DNA from: Octopus bimaculoides
Taxonomy: Eukaryota
Assembly: GCF_001194135.2 (NCBI RefSeq)
Contig: NC_068981.1
Coordinates: forward strand, 194,447,784 to 194,511,783
DNA length: 64,000 bases
Direction: 5' to 3'
Part shown: in pieces, positions 11,962-24,500 of the stretch
Layout: every line of letters begins with the position of its first letter
Position numbering within the stretch: the first letter of the stretch is position 1
Program-made: the position numbers and the translations under genes
Notes under the pieces: generated by a model
What the model was told of the DNA's origin: nothing
Database searches by the model: none
What the model saw: the letters and a program-made list of their open reading frames with translations, nothing else

Positions 11962-12190
11962 TTAACTCTTTAACTTTCGAACCTGCCATATCCAGCCCAA
12001 CTATTCTACCTGTTCTATGTTCAAACCTGCGAGATTTGGCCTCTCACACCTACCCTGCAATGTCATTTCTAAAAGTAAACAATCTCATCATCAAGATCTT
12101 GAAGTTATGAGATTAAGCATGACAAATTCAAAACAATACGAATAAAGAAGCATTACATTTGACAGAGTAACCTGAATGCTAAAGGGTTCA
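11962..12190. mobile_element. TTAA-ended (piggyBac-like) MITE
   Basis: ttaactctttaac..ctgaatgctaaagggtt; homologous copy at 32969-33174. Confidence 0.7.
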
Positions 12191-12192
12191 AC

Positions 12193-12464
12193 CAGTCGTT
12201 CCCAAAGTGGGCGGTGGAAAGATCCAGGGGTGGGGCGTTGAAGGAAAAATGGGGCAATAATGGAGTGACCAAAATGGATGTAAAAAAAAAACCAAAATAA
12301 AGGGTTAGTTAGGTTAAGTTTTATTTGTGAAATACTGTTGTTTTGAATTTTGCTGCAGAAAATGGTCTCTGTCTGTGATGGTAAGTCATGGAGGGGGAGG
12401 GGCCTCTTGGAATGTGGCCTTAGAACCAATGGGCCGGCAGCCTGAAAAAGTTTGGGAACCACTG
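12193..12464. mobile_element. hAT MITE (CAGTGGTTCCCAA-type TIR)
   Basis: TIRs cagtcgttcccaaag / aagtttgggaaccactg; TSD ggttcaac / ggttaaac. Confidence 0.85.
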
Positions 12465-12827
12465 GGTTAAACGATGAGATATGGTTTCATGAAGGGTTGG
12501 CTGTTATCTACTTCTTGCAATTCCAGTATCCATATCTAGAAACTTCTTTATTGGGTGTCCGGGCCATATTGGTCTGACAGCAGGTTGGTTGAGTTACGTA
12601 GATATTTCTTCTTTCTCTTCTTCTTTTTTTCCTTTTCTTCAGGCTTCCATGTTTCAAGTTTCCAATATCTTTAGCAGTTCCTCTGTAGAAACGTCCATCA
12701 CACATTTCATTGCCAGGCATCTGGAATAAAACATATGATTTAAACTCCTGTTTTATATTTCAGAGATGCAGGAAATAACTACTGCATGGCTTACAATGTC
12801 ATAAATTACAGTTTCCTGGTTGTTGTA

Positions 12828-12914
12828 TTCTTCTTCTTCTTCTTCTTCTTCTTCTTCTTCTTCTTCTTCTTCTTCTTCTCCTCCTCCTCCTCCTCCTCCT
12901 CCTCCTCCTCCTCT
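12828..12914. repeat. (TTC)n(TCC)n compound microsatellite
   Basis: Visible directly. Confidence 0.95.
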
Positions 12915-12951
12915 TACGGTTTGGTGTGCATGGGAACTATGTGTTTTGATA

Positions 12952-13165
12952 TACTCTTTTACTTGTTTCACTCATATGACTGCGGCCATGCTGGAGCACC
13001 GCCTTTAGTTGAGCAAATCGACCCCAGGACTTATTCTTTGTAAGCCTAGTATTTATTCTATCGGTCTTTTTTGCCGAACCGCTAGTTTACGGGGACAAAA
13101 ACACACCAGCATCGGTTGTCAAGTGATGTTGGGGGAGACAAACACAGACATACAAACATATATCC
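12952..13165 (-). mobile_element. SINE family A, 3' half
   Basis: ctcttttacttgtttc..gccatgctggagcaccgcctttag..gacaaacacagac. Confidence 0.9.
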
Positions 13166-13547
13166 ATATCTCACATTTCTTGGCCCTCTCTTTCTTTAAC
13201 TCCCACTATTTCCCACTCGTTTATCTCCTCTGTACCTTTCTCTTTGTCCCTGATTTTTTTCTAATCCTCCAATCCTGCTGTCACCTACCCTTCTCTCCTT
13301 CCACATGACCAGTGTCTGGCCAGCCATGATCTTTCTTTCTTGGCCTGACTGCCAACCACCAACACCTCTTAGGTCCAACTCCCATGTTCCTCCCTTCAGG
13401 CTTTCACTCCATACAGGCCAGCTCAATTTGATTCGTTCTCAGTCGAAAGACACCTGTTGTTATTTTCTTTTTGTTTGTATTCATAATTGTGTACCATGTT
13501 CTCCGCTTTTTGCTTATTTGTCTTTTTTTTTTGCCGTTGTACTGTAC

Positions 13548-13810
13548 ACATTTGCTAGCTTTCTTACAAAGGGGTCTAATGCTCTTAGCTTAGACATTTT
13601 AGGGGGCAACTAGATTGAACCATCTCAAGTGTAACTGCCTCAAATGGTTGTAACTTCTGAAACCTGACTGAGGAAAGAAAGCCACAAATGACCCGTCTTT
13701 TTTTGCCTGTCCTTCTAATTGTTGTTCCTCTTGTCTGCCTTTGTATTGTATATTTGTCCGAATGTTTTAATACCCTCTATTGCGTTTTTGTCCCATTTTT
13801 ATATGTATAT
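13548..13810 (+). repeat. Dispersed repeat family I, copy 1
   Basis: Shares ctaatgctcttagcttag and gactgaggaaagaaa with the minus-strand copy at 45835-46060. Confidence 0.65.
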
Positions 13811-14167
13811 NNNNNNNNNNNNNNNNNNNNNNNNNNNNNNNNNNNNNNNNNNNNNNNNNNNNNNNNNNNNNNNNNNNNNNNNNNNNNNNNNNNNNNNNNN
13901 NNNNNNNNNNNNNNNNNNNNNNNNNNNNNNNNNNNNNNNNNNNNNNNNNNNNNNNNNNNNNNNNNNNNNNNNNNNNNNNNNNNNNNNNNNNNNNNNNNNN
14001 NNNNNNNNNNNNNNNNNNNNNNNNNNNNNNNNNNNNNNNNNNNNNNNNNNNNNNNNNNNNNNNNNNNNNNNNNNNNNNNNNNNNNNNNNNNNNNNNNNNN
14101 NNNNNNNNNNNNNNNNNNNNNNNNNNNNNNNNNNNNNNNNNNNNNNNNNNNNNNNNNNNNNNNNNNN

Positions 14168-14168
<1 letters not shown>

Positions 14169-14210
<42 letters not shown>

Positions 14211-14432
14211 TGTATGTATACATTTGTGTGTCTGTGTTTGTTTTTTTCCCCCCACCATCGCTTGACAACCAATGTTGGTGTGTTTATGTATCTGGAACTT
14301 AGCGGTTCAGCAAAAGAGACCGATAGAATAAGTACTAGGCTTACAAAGAATAAGTCTTGGGGTCGAATTGTTTGACTAAAAGTGATGCTCCAGCATGGCG
14401 GCAGTCAAATGACTGAAACAAAAGAATAAAAG
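14169..14432 (+). mobile_element. SINE family A, 3' half (5' part probably in gap 13811-14168)
   Basis: ccatcgcttgacaacc..gatagaataagtactagg..ctccagcatggc. Confidence 0.85.
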
Positions 14433-14450
14433 ACTGTACACACACACACA

Positions 14451-14502
<52 letters not shown>

Positions 14503-15329
14503 TGCACACACACGTACTCACATTTTGAGTTTTCTTGATAATGAGAAAATGGAAATGTTGTTTAGACCCTGGTCAGCCCAGAGCCTTTCTAGCCATGACC
14601 ACCCTGTCTTTTCAGATATAGTGTCAAACATAAATGCAGGTATGGCTGTGTGGTTAAGAAGTTCATTTCAGAACCACATGGCTTTGAGTTCAGTCCCACT
14701 ACATGGTACCTTGGGCAAGTATCTTCAACGGTACCTGTGTCAGTGGCTCCAGCATGGCCACTGTCTAATGGGTGAAACTAGTAAAAGAATTAACGAATAC
14801 ATGAATAGTTAATCTCCAAATACATTTTTCCAATGTAGATATCTTCATTTTTCTTCTTTTAAAGACACTGGAGTGTAATTTGAGAGACTTTGGCTTCTAT
14901 TTCTAGCATGCAGAGCAAATAGATTAGTTGGCTCAGACAAGTGAGTGTTGGTTTAATAGGTGTAGGCTTTTGGTATGTTTGATAAAAAACAGTCTTTTAT
15001 TGGTGCTGACAAAGCTAACAGTGTTAGAGGTAGGTGGGGGAGTGTTCAGATATTCAAGATAAGATTACAGCTGCTGACAGCAACCAGTGATGGACACTTT
15101 ACTTTTTTGATTTCAAACTGCCTAGCCTCTTCTTCTTCATCATTGTTATCATCATCATCATTTTTATGTCTACTTTTCCATGTTGTCATGGGTCGGGTGG
15201 AATTCATTGAGGTAGGTTTTTTTTCTTTTTTGTATGACCAGATGCCCTTTCTGTTACAAATCCTCACCTGGTTCCAGGTAAGGTAATATGTTCCCACGGC
15301 CAGACATGTTGTCACTGAATATTTACAAT

Positions 15330-15735
15330 CATCATGTCATGGTGCCACACAATAAGCACTGGTGAGGGTGCCACGTAAGAAGCATTGGTGAGAGTGCCAC
15401 ACAATAAGTACTGGTGCTGGTGCCATGTAAAAAGCTCCTGTGTAAGTACCATGTAAAACTCACCCAGTACATTTTGTAAAGTGGTTGACATTAGGAAGGG
15501 CATCCAACTGTAGAAGTCATACCAAAATAGACTATAGAACCTAGTGCGGCTCCCGGCCTTGCCATCTCCCGGCCTTGCCATCTCCCGGCCTTGCCATCTC
15601 CCGGCCTTGCCAGCTCCCGGCCTTGCCGGCTCCCGACCTTGCCGGCTCCCGGCCTTGCTGGCTCCCGGCCTTACCAGCTCCTGTCAAACTGTTTAATCCA
15701 TACCAACATAGAAAATGGATGTGAAATGATGTGAT
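15330..15735 (+). mobile_element. RTE 3' end (family C) containing a 16-bp minisatellite
   Basis: ttaggaagggcatccaactgtaga; eight copies of ctcccggccttgccat variants at 15550-15677. Confidence 0.8.
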
Positions 15736-15745
15736 AACAAGATAA

Positions 15746-15780
<35 letters not shown>

Positions 15781-16135
15781 CACGGTACTCTAGTCATCAA
15801 TTTCATCTCTAGTGTTGACAAGGAAACTGGGGGTGGAGAATGACCGGTCTGTATTTCACTGAGCTCCCCCCACCCCCAGCTTGTTTGGAATTACCACTAA
15901 TTGTTTGTCATGATTTAGTTTAACATCCATTTTTCCATGCTTGCTAAGGTTGGACAGAATTTATTGAGGCAGGTCTTCTACAGCCAGATGCTCTTCCTGT
16001 TGCCAACCTTCACCTGTTTCCAAGTGAGGTAATATTTCCCCCATGGCCAGACATGCCTTTGTTTTGGCAGAATATTGGAAGTGAATGACACTGCTTGTAC
16101 GACAGTGACACTCATTTACAACTGCTATGCAATGT

Positions 16136-16168
<33 letters not shown>

Positions 16169-16177
16169 AAGAGAGAG

Positions 16178-16208
<31 letters not shown>

Positions 16209-18667
16209 GACATACACACACACACACACAGACGGACACACACACCGACAGACACACACTGACAGACACACACACACACACACACAGACAGACACACACA
16301 CACACAGACAGACAGACAGACACACACACACACAGACACACACACACACACACAGAGACAAAAGAGACTGATAGAATAAGTACTAGGGGTCGATTTGCTC
16401 GACTAAAGGCAGTGCTCCAGCATGGCCACAGTCAAATGACTGAAACCAGTAAAAGAATAACAGAATAAAATGAAAAGCAGTCAACCTTGACAGAATTTGA
16501 ACTCAGAATGTCATGATCTGCAATGCTAGAGGCTCTTTCAGTTGAAAGCTCTTTCATTCGTTTGTCATCCACATGTAGCTTGATGAGGTTTCTTTTAATG
16601 AGTTTCTGTGTGTATACAATCTTTTGACACGTGTCTATCTGCGATATCTTATTACAGGACACACATCGTGTCTTGTAATTATAATTTATTTATTATGGCC
16701 ATCAAGTGGTCAGGCATCATTATTCTCTGTTATTGACCACGTTTATAATTTATTGACTGTGAAGACTAATTAGTAGCTGTAGCGATTACACTACATCCAC
16801 ACTACATTGCATCCATGCCATGCAGTGTCATCATGTTATACCACACGCACACCTGTACTGCATCAATACTTCCTTGTACCCCACCCCACACCAAACTCAC
16901 ACCACACTCATTGTCACTCGGTCAGTTACGATGACGACGAGGGGTTCCAAATGCCAGCCACTCCGAGAGTGTAGTTGGTGTTTTTTTTACATGCCACCAG
17001 CATCGGTCACACCTATGGTCTCACTTAGCCTGACAGGTCTACACAAGCACGGTTTATCAGCAAGGGCCTTGGTCACCTGTCACTGCTTCCAGGAAGCCTA
17101 ATGCTCAAACAAAAGGGTTAAATCATTTACAGAGGGGTTTGGGAACTAAGGTTATTGTTGATGTTCATGGCACTACAACATTGTTTGAGAAACTAAAAAT
17201 AATGTTGGCATAATTTCACCAAAATTTCTAACCCAAATCATGGCAAAAATGCTTGTCTTGTGATTTCCTGACAAAAATGCTTCTACAAGACATAGGTACT
17301 AAAAATGGTTTGATGGAATCTGTAGAATTCCTGTAGAACACACAACAAGCTGATGCTTTGTTCTGAGAATTCTAAAGTAATTCTCTACCATTATTATTTT
17401 TTTTTTCAATTCTGTTGGTGTTTATAGAATCTGGATTGTTGGCTGATTCAATAATTCTGATAGACAAAAGAGAAAGAGAAAGAGAGAGAGAAAAGAAAGA
17501 GATATAGGTCAACTGAATAAAGGTTTGTCTAATAAATAACTACAATTATTAACTTAGTATTACAATGACTGTGTGTGTGTGTGTGTGTGTGTAACTAAAA
17601 TTATCTCTGTGCATATATGTATCTATGCATTATGTGTGTGTGTGTGTTCCCATAATACTAAAATTATAGCTTTGCAGTAAATGTATATATCAATATGTGT
17701 GCATAACTAGAATCGTTAATATAGTTTGTTTTTTTAAGTAAATATGCGTGTGTGTTTGTGTGTGTCTATTTGTCAGAATAACTAAAATTATTTACTTGGT
17801 TTCATAGTGAATACAAAATGTGTGTGTGTGTGTGTGGGTGTGTGCGTGTGTGTATACCTTACAGTATGAATATATGTCTTTTTGCATATCTGCATGTATC
17901 TGTCTATAACTACGCTCGTCTTTTTTTTTATATCAGTATGTAATTGCATCTGTGTGTGTGTGTGTGTGTGTATCTGCCTATATAACTGGTCATTAAATTA
18001 GTTTTGTAGCAAATATATGTGTCTGAGTTTGTGTTTATGCTGGTTGTTTGTGTGTGTGTGTGTGTGTGTGTATGGCTCTGTGTGTGTGCCTGTCTATATA
18101 TATGTGTGTGTGTGTGTGTTGCTGTCTTTCTGTCTGCTGAAGTGTCTGTATCCATGCGTTTCTCTGCGTCTGTGCTTGTCTTGTATGTGTGCGTTTATAC
18201 AACACACTCAGCTCTTATATTATGGCAACTGCATCCGCTGTTGGAAATGGTTTTATAACTACAAACGTATGCACATACCCATGCACTTATACACATACAC
18301 TCACAGAGTAAACATATGCTAGGACACACCTACACAAACATATACTAAACACCTGCACACTAACACACACATATACACATCCTAAGCACACTCACAAAGA
18401 ATGCATCATTCCAGAATGTTCTGCTGTCTGCTGACCAATGTTAGCATATTGTTTTGTGGGTCAAGATGTAACTTAATTTATGATAAAATACAGCAAAATG
18501 TGATTTGGCAGACACTTCCAACCCACCAAGGGTTAATATTTGATATTCATGTTGGTGCCATGTATAAAGCACCTGTCATGGCTCGACATCATAATTAGCC
18601 GTGCCAGCACCACATGAAAGGGAACCTGTGCCAATGCCATGAAAAAAGCACTTGGCATCATAAACAA

Positions 18668-18856
18668 AGAGGTGTTGCAAAGTTCCTGGATTTAAAGGTA
18701 TCGTGAAAGGCCTGGCTGAAGGCCCAACCTTCCAAGTTCTTTTACAGGGCTTAGAGAAACTGAAGGACTGCAGCAATAAGTGTGTGAATCTGAGAGGGGA
18801 TTATGTTAAATATGTATTTTCTTTTACCAAAAGGCAGGAACTTTTCAGCACCCCCT
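18668..18856 (+). mobile_element. Mariner MITE
   Basis: TIRs gaggtgttgcaaagttcctg / caggaacttttcagcacccc; internal QGLEKLKDCSNKCVNLRGDYVK. Confidence 0.8.
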
Positions 18857-18959
18857 TGCAAAAGGCTCCCAATGCTGTGTGTGTAGTGTTTTAGTCCTAT
18901 GCTCGATTCTGACCGATTTGAGGGTCATGTAATACTATTCTTAGGCTTCTCATCTAACT

Positions 18960-19575
18960 TTGAGCTATGAGCGATGGGAGCAACAAGGGGCTGAGTTGGA
19001 TTCTGGAATTACAGGTCTTGGCACAGTAATGCATCTGCTTCAGCATCCGAGTCTCACAAAAAAAAAAAAACCTCAGTCAAACTCGTTATCTTCAGTTGGG
19101 ATTTCATACCTGTTCTCACCTGTGGTCATGAATGTTGGGTAATGACCAAAAGAGTGTGATTGTGAATACAAACGACTGAAACTGGGTTCCTCTGAAGGAT
19201 CTTTAGACTAACGTTACTCGACAGGGTGCACAGCTGAGGGATCAGGGTGTCTCTCTCCTAGTCAGGACACTACTTCTCTGCATTGAGAGGTCACAGCTTC
19301 AGTATTATGGAGAAGTGATTAGAATGTCACAGAGAAGAATCACAAGACATATTCTTCAAGTTGTACTAACTGGTAGGAGACTCAAGGGGACACTAAGAAT
19401 GGTTTGGTTGGATAATATCCTTAATTTCAGTTGGTCATGTTTGGGAATCCAGCTGGAAAATCTGAGTTTTGCTTCTGATAGTCCTCTACAGAGGAGGCGT
19501 CTAGTCCTCAGGCTCTACCCTGACAGTCCTCTCAGGAATAGTGGACCAAGAAAATGGATGGAAGGATGGATGAAT
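18960..19575 (+). mobile_element. RTE LINE ORF2 3' end, Expander/Rex3-like, degraded
   Basis: Frameshifted IPVLTCGHECWVMTK..RI..TE..FL..LTLLDRVHS..LLLCIERSQLQYYG..IRM..TGRRLKG..LGIQLENL; ends in a GGAT-repeat tail. Confidence 0.85.
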
Positions 19576-20134
19576 TGAAGGAGTTTCAATCAGGAAACTA
19601 CCAGTCCTTTTTTTTAGCCATCATGTACCTGACTGCTGCATTATCCAAAGTCTTTTTGAAGACATCTAAACTGGGGTTTAGGTAAAAGGAAATGTTGGCT
19701 GCTATTTCTGGCAAGTTAACCACCCACATAGAGAAGTCCGTTGCTGGTTTATTGGTCAGGATGGTGTTTGTTTATACTGTTGGGTAGTCCTTCCTCTCCC
19801 CACATGTCCACTGACCTATGATATAAATGTCTTGATTGTCCAGTATAGGTGAGTGGTCTCACGTTGTGTGTGGTGGTCCACACGAGACACAATACCTTGT
19901 GGTATTGAATCTGATCCCTTTACAGTTTTGAACTCCTCATCAAGGTCAAGTTTTGCTTTTATACTGTGGCTTTTGATAAAGTCCCAGTCATATACTGGGG
20001 TTGGTTATATCAAACAGCCACCACCACCACCACCAGCAGCCTTTTACTAAAATGTATAGTTTTTGTTTAACTTAGAAATCAATATTTTGGTAACATTTTT
20101 TTTCCCATTTGCCTCTGGTCTTTATCTGCATTAA

Positions 20135-20192
<58 letters not shown>

Positions 20193-20534
20193 GTGCATGT
20201 ATTTGTGTGTCTTTGTATGTATGCGTGTCTTTACTGGGGATGCAAACAGGAAAAAGAGAATTCTAAACAGGAAGATATATCTTTTTTTTTGTTTCCTTTT
20301 TATCTTTTATACTTTTATTTGTTTATTAATAAAATTTAGCAGAAGCAACAGAGTGACTCAAGGGCTGAGAGTTTCGTGCAGTAACACTTACCAAATTAAA
20401 CTAATTACTCATTATGAAGTTATAAATTTATTTATTGGTGATAATCGTATTTCCTTGGATAGTTCTGGAACAAATTATAAAATTGGTTACAATGTCATGT
20501 GGATAATTCATATTCTTGATACATACTTATATAT

Positions 20535-20565
<31 letters not shown>

Positions 20566-20584
20566 CATGCATGCATGCACATAT

Positions 20585-20730
20585 ACATGGCGTTAGGAAG
20601 GGCATCCAGCTGTAGAAACTCTGCCAAATTAGATTGGAGCCTGGTGTTGCCATCCGGTTTCACCAGTCCTCAGTCAAATCGTCCAACCCATGCTAGCATG
20701 GAAGGCGGACGTTAAACGATGATGATGATA
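20585..20730 (+). mobile_element. RTE 3' end (family C), little decayed
   Basis: ggcgttaggaagggcatccagctgtagaaactctgcc..ggacgttaaacgatgatgatg. Confidence 0.9.
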
Positions 20731-20822
20731 NNNNNNNNNNNNNNNNNNNNNNNNNNNNNNNNNNNNNNNNNNNNNNNNNNNNNNATGTGGATAATTCATA
20801 TTCTTGATACATACTTATATAT

Positions 20823-20853
<31 letters not shown>

Positions 20854-21711
20854 CATGTATATGTTTGTGTATCTGCATTTATGTCCCTTTAACTCAGTGG
20901 TTTGGCAAAAGAACCCAATAGAATAAGTACTAGGCTTGCAAAGATTAAGTCCTAGGGTCGATTTGTTTGACTAAAGGCGGTGCCCCAGCATGGCCACAGT
21001 CAAATGAGTGAAGCAAATAAAAGAATATATACACCACCATGTTACATGATTATATGATTCTGCGTATGCACATGTATAAAAGCACATAAAAGTTTGTATG
21101 TGTGTGTGTGTGCATATGATTCCGCATGAGTCTGTGTGTATGTGCATAAGGGTGTGTATGTGTAAATGCCCTCGTGTGCATGCATGGTATGCATTTGAGA
21201 TTAATGATTTTTAATTAGTGCTGTTCAATGATTTGATATTCTGTCCCTTATCAGGTTTATCTCATGACAGATGAGATATCATGTGTGATATTTCCATTCA
21301 TTACACAAAGATGTGTGTGNNNNNNNNNNNNNNNNAGGGAACGTATATAACCATTTCCCATTTAAAAAGCTAAATATTAAAGAAACCTAATCACCAGCAT
21401 TAAATATTTTTAATCTTCTGCTCGTTAGATCCCTCGGCTAGGGATTAACATGATGTGATGGGTGTGTGTGTGTGTCTGTGTGTGTGTGTGTGTATTTATG
21501 CGTGTGTGTAAACTCTTGTGTGTATGGAGTTACTGAATCAATACTCAGGTTTATCCTTTCCGTGATGTATTTAAATTAAAATCTTGATGGAAATCTCATA
21601 AAAGTGTATGTGGTGAGATTTCAAAAGTGTCATTAAAATATATTGATTTTATATATATACATATATGTATATATATACATACACATATATATATATATAT
21701 ATGCATATATA

Positions 21712-21755
<44 letters not shown>

Positions 21756-22659
21756 ACACACACATGTGTGTGTATGTGCTGACAAATATTTTAGTGAACA
21801 TCTCCAGTATCTTGATTGTAATGGAAAGTAATTGAAACCCTCCCAGGCCAGAGATATCTACAACATCACATAAAACTGCAGCAGCCATACATAACCACCA
21901 CACCACACAACACTGCACAGTACTGCTACAACACCACTTCAACTCTTGCACAATGCTACCGCAATACAGCACAACTACAATGTACCATAGAACGCTGCTA
22001 CAACACCTCCAGAACACTAGTACAAGCCTCCAGATCACTACTATGACATTACACTAGTACAACGCCACCCGAATCCCTGCCACACTATCTTTCCAGTTCA
22101 TTAGAAAACTAGTCATGTGAAGGTTAAATACGAAGACCTTAAACTTAATGCCATCATCTGATCTTGGGGTGACTTTAGCAGGGTCCATTCTCTTGCAATA
22201 ATTCTGGTTAGGTATTTAGTCTTGAGGCAACTTCCTCCCTTCCTATTCTTGCAATCTCTGGAAAATGGTTCCACCTTCCACTAACCTTTAATATTTATTG
22301 TCATCATCATTTTTATTTAATGTCCGTTTCCCATGCTGGTAAACCAAGGGGTTGTACCAGGCTCCAGTTGTCTGTTTCGGCATGGTTTCTACAGCTGGAT
22401 GCCTTTCCTAATGCCAACTACTTTGTAGACCGTATTGGGTGATTTTGACATGGCACCAGCACAGGTGCTTTTTATGTGACACTATACTCTTTTACTTGTT
22501 TCAGTCATTTGACTGCGGCCATGCTGGAGCACCACCTTTAGTCGAGCATATCAACCCCGCAACTTATTCTTTGTAAGACTAGTACTTATTCTATCAGTCT
22601 CCTTTTGCCGAACCGCTAAGTTACGGGTTGACTGGGGGCTGACTGGATGGATTGACTGG

Positions 22660-23190
22660 GGGCTGGCAAGCCAGAAGGGTGCACCAGTCTCCAATCCAAT
22701 CTGGCATTGTTTCTACAGCTAGATGCCCTTCCTAATGCCAACCACTCAGAGAGTGTAGTGGGTGCTTTTTGCGTGCCACAAGCACAAGGGCCAGTAAGGC
22801 AGTACTGTCATCGATCATGCTTGAATGGTGTTTTTTATGTGCCACTGGCACGGGACCAGTCAGCCTGTACTGGTATCGACCATGCTCAAATGGTGCTTTT
22901 TACGTGCCATTGGCAAGGGTGCCAGTCAGGCAGTACTGTAATCGGCCACAATGATTTGACTTGCCTCAACAGGTCTTTGCAAGCATAGTTTATTGTCCAA
23001 TGATTGAAGGGTACTCTTAAATGGACTGGTTATACAGGCCACGGTTGCAGTCTCACTTGGCTTGCGGGTCTTTTCAAGCACAACGTATCTCCAAAGGTCT
23101 TGGTCACCTGTCATTGCCAATGTTTGAAGGTCTTGCTTCACCACATCATCCCAGTCTTCCTGGGTCTACCTCTTCCACAGGTTCCCTGTG
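22660..23190 (-). mobile_element. RTE LINE 3' end including ORF2 C-terminus
   Basis: Minus strand GTCGRGRPRKT..KQDLQTL..MTGDQDLWRYVVLEKTR runs into the family C 3'UTR, identifying family C as an RTE tail. Confidence 0.9.
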
Positions 23191-23370
23191 GTTAAGAAGA
23201 TGCTTTCTAACTACATGGCTTCAGGTTCAGTCCTACTTCATGGCACATTGGGCAAATATCTTCTACTATAAACCTGGGTCTACCAAAACTTTGTGAGCAG
23301 ATTTGGTAGATGGAAACTGAAAGAAGCATATATCATCATCATCATCATCATTTAATGTCCATTTTCCATG

Positions 23371-23413
<43 letters not shown>

Positions 23414-24104
23414 CTCTTTGTCTTCACACTGTGTAGGTGTTGTAAATGAATGTCCTCCATTTCTAATATTCTGCTTAATCATGTCTATGCATGGGGAAAT
23501 ATTACTTAGCTTAGAAACAAGTAAGGGTTAGTGACAGGAAGTGCATCCCACTGTAGAAAATTTGCCTTAATAAACTCCATCCAATGTATACAAGCATGGA
23601 AAAGTGGATGTCGAAGTGATGATGATATACATAAGAAGAAAATAGTTTCCAAGCTTTGTTGAAATAAAGAGTTAAATTGTTTTATTTACCAAAACATTCA
23701 GCCCTACCCCCACTTTTTTTTTTTACCTACAGTGCTGTAGGTATAATTAAAGAGATAGATTAAAACTAATTATATATTTCTTGTGTTATCTGATTGTTTG
23801 GATTATCATTAATTCTTCCAAAATGTTCAATGAATATTCCAGAGAATTAACCCTCAAGGTCTTAATGAGTTACTCATTAATGTAATGTGTCCTAATTAAT
23901 GGTGAGGCATGGAATCTTCTCATAAATCCCAGAAATATTTTGTCAAACTCTTGAATTAATCAATGCTCGTTAAGTGGCCTAAATCGATCAAGAAATGGAG
24001 GAGGGTGGATATTTGGAAAATAATTATTTTCAAATCCTAAGAATTGAATTGGTTTGTGTATTCTGTAAATAATTGCGACTGATTTCATTTTTCATATAAG
24101 TACA

Positions 24105-24500
24105 GGTGTGGCTGTGTGGTTAAGAAAATTGCTTCCGAACCATCTGGTCATGGGTTCAGCGTCACTGTGGGGCACCTCAGGCAAATCTCTTCTTCTATAA
24201 GCCTGGACTGACCAAAGTCTTGTGAGTGGGTTTGGTAGATGGAAACTGAAAGAAGCCTGTCATATATATATATATATATCATCATCATATATATACATAT
24301 ATATAGGTGCAGGAGTGGCTGTGTGGTAAGTAGCTTGCTTACCAACCATATGATTCCAGGTTCAGTCCCACTGCGTGGCACCTTGCGGAAGTGTTTTCTA
24401 CTATAGCTTCAGGCCGACAAAAACCTTGTGAATGGATTTGGTAGACGGAAACTGAAAGAAGCCTGTCATATATATGTGTATATATGTGTGTTTCTCCCCA
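24105..24500 (+). mobile_element. Two tandem SINE family A 5' halves
   Basis: Heads at about 24105 and 24303, each ending at gaaagaagcctgtc plus (TA)n. Confidence 0.85.

Noticed and set aside
19856-19950. H/ACA snoRNA (hairpin, ACAATA, hairpin)
   Set aside because: Too short and no ACA box after the second hairpin.
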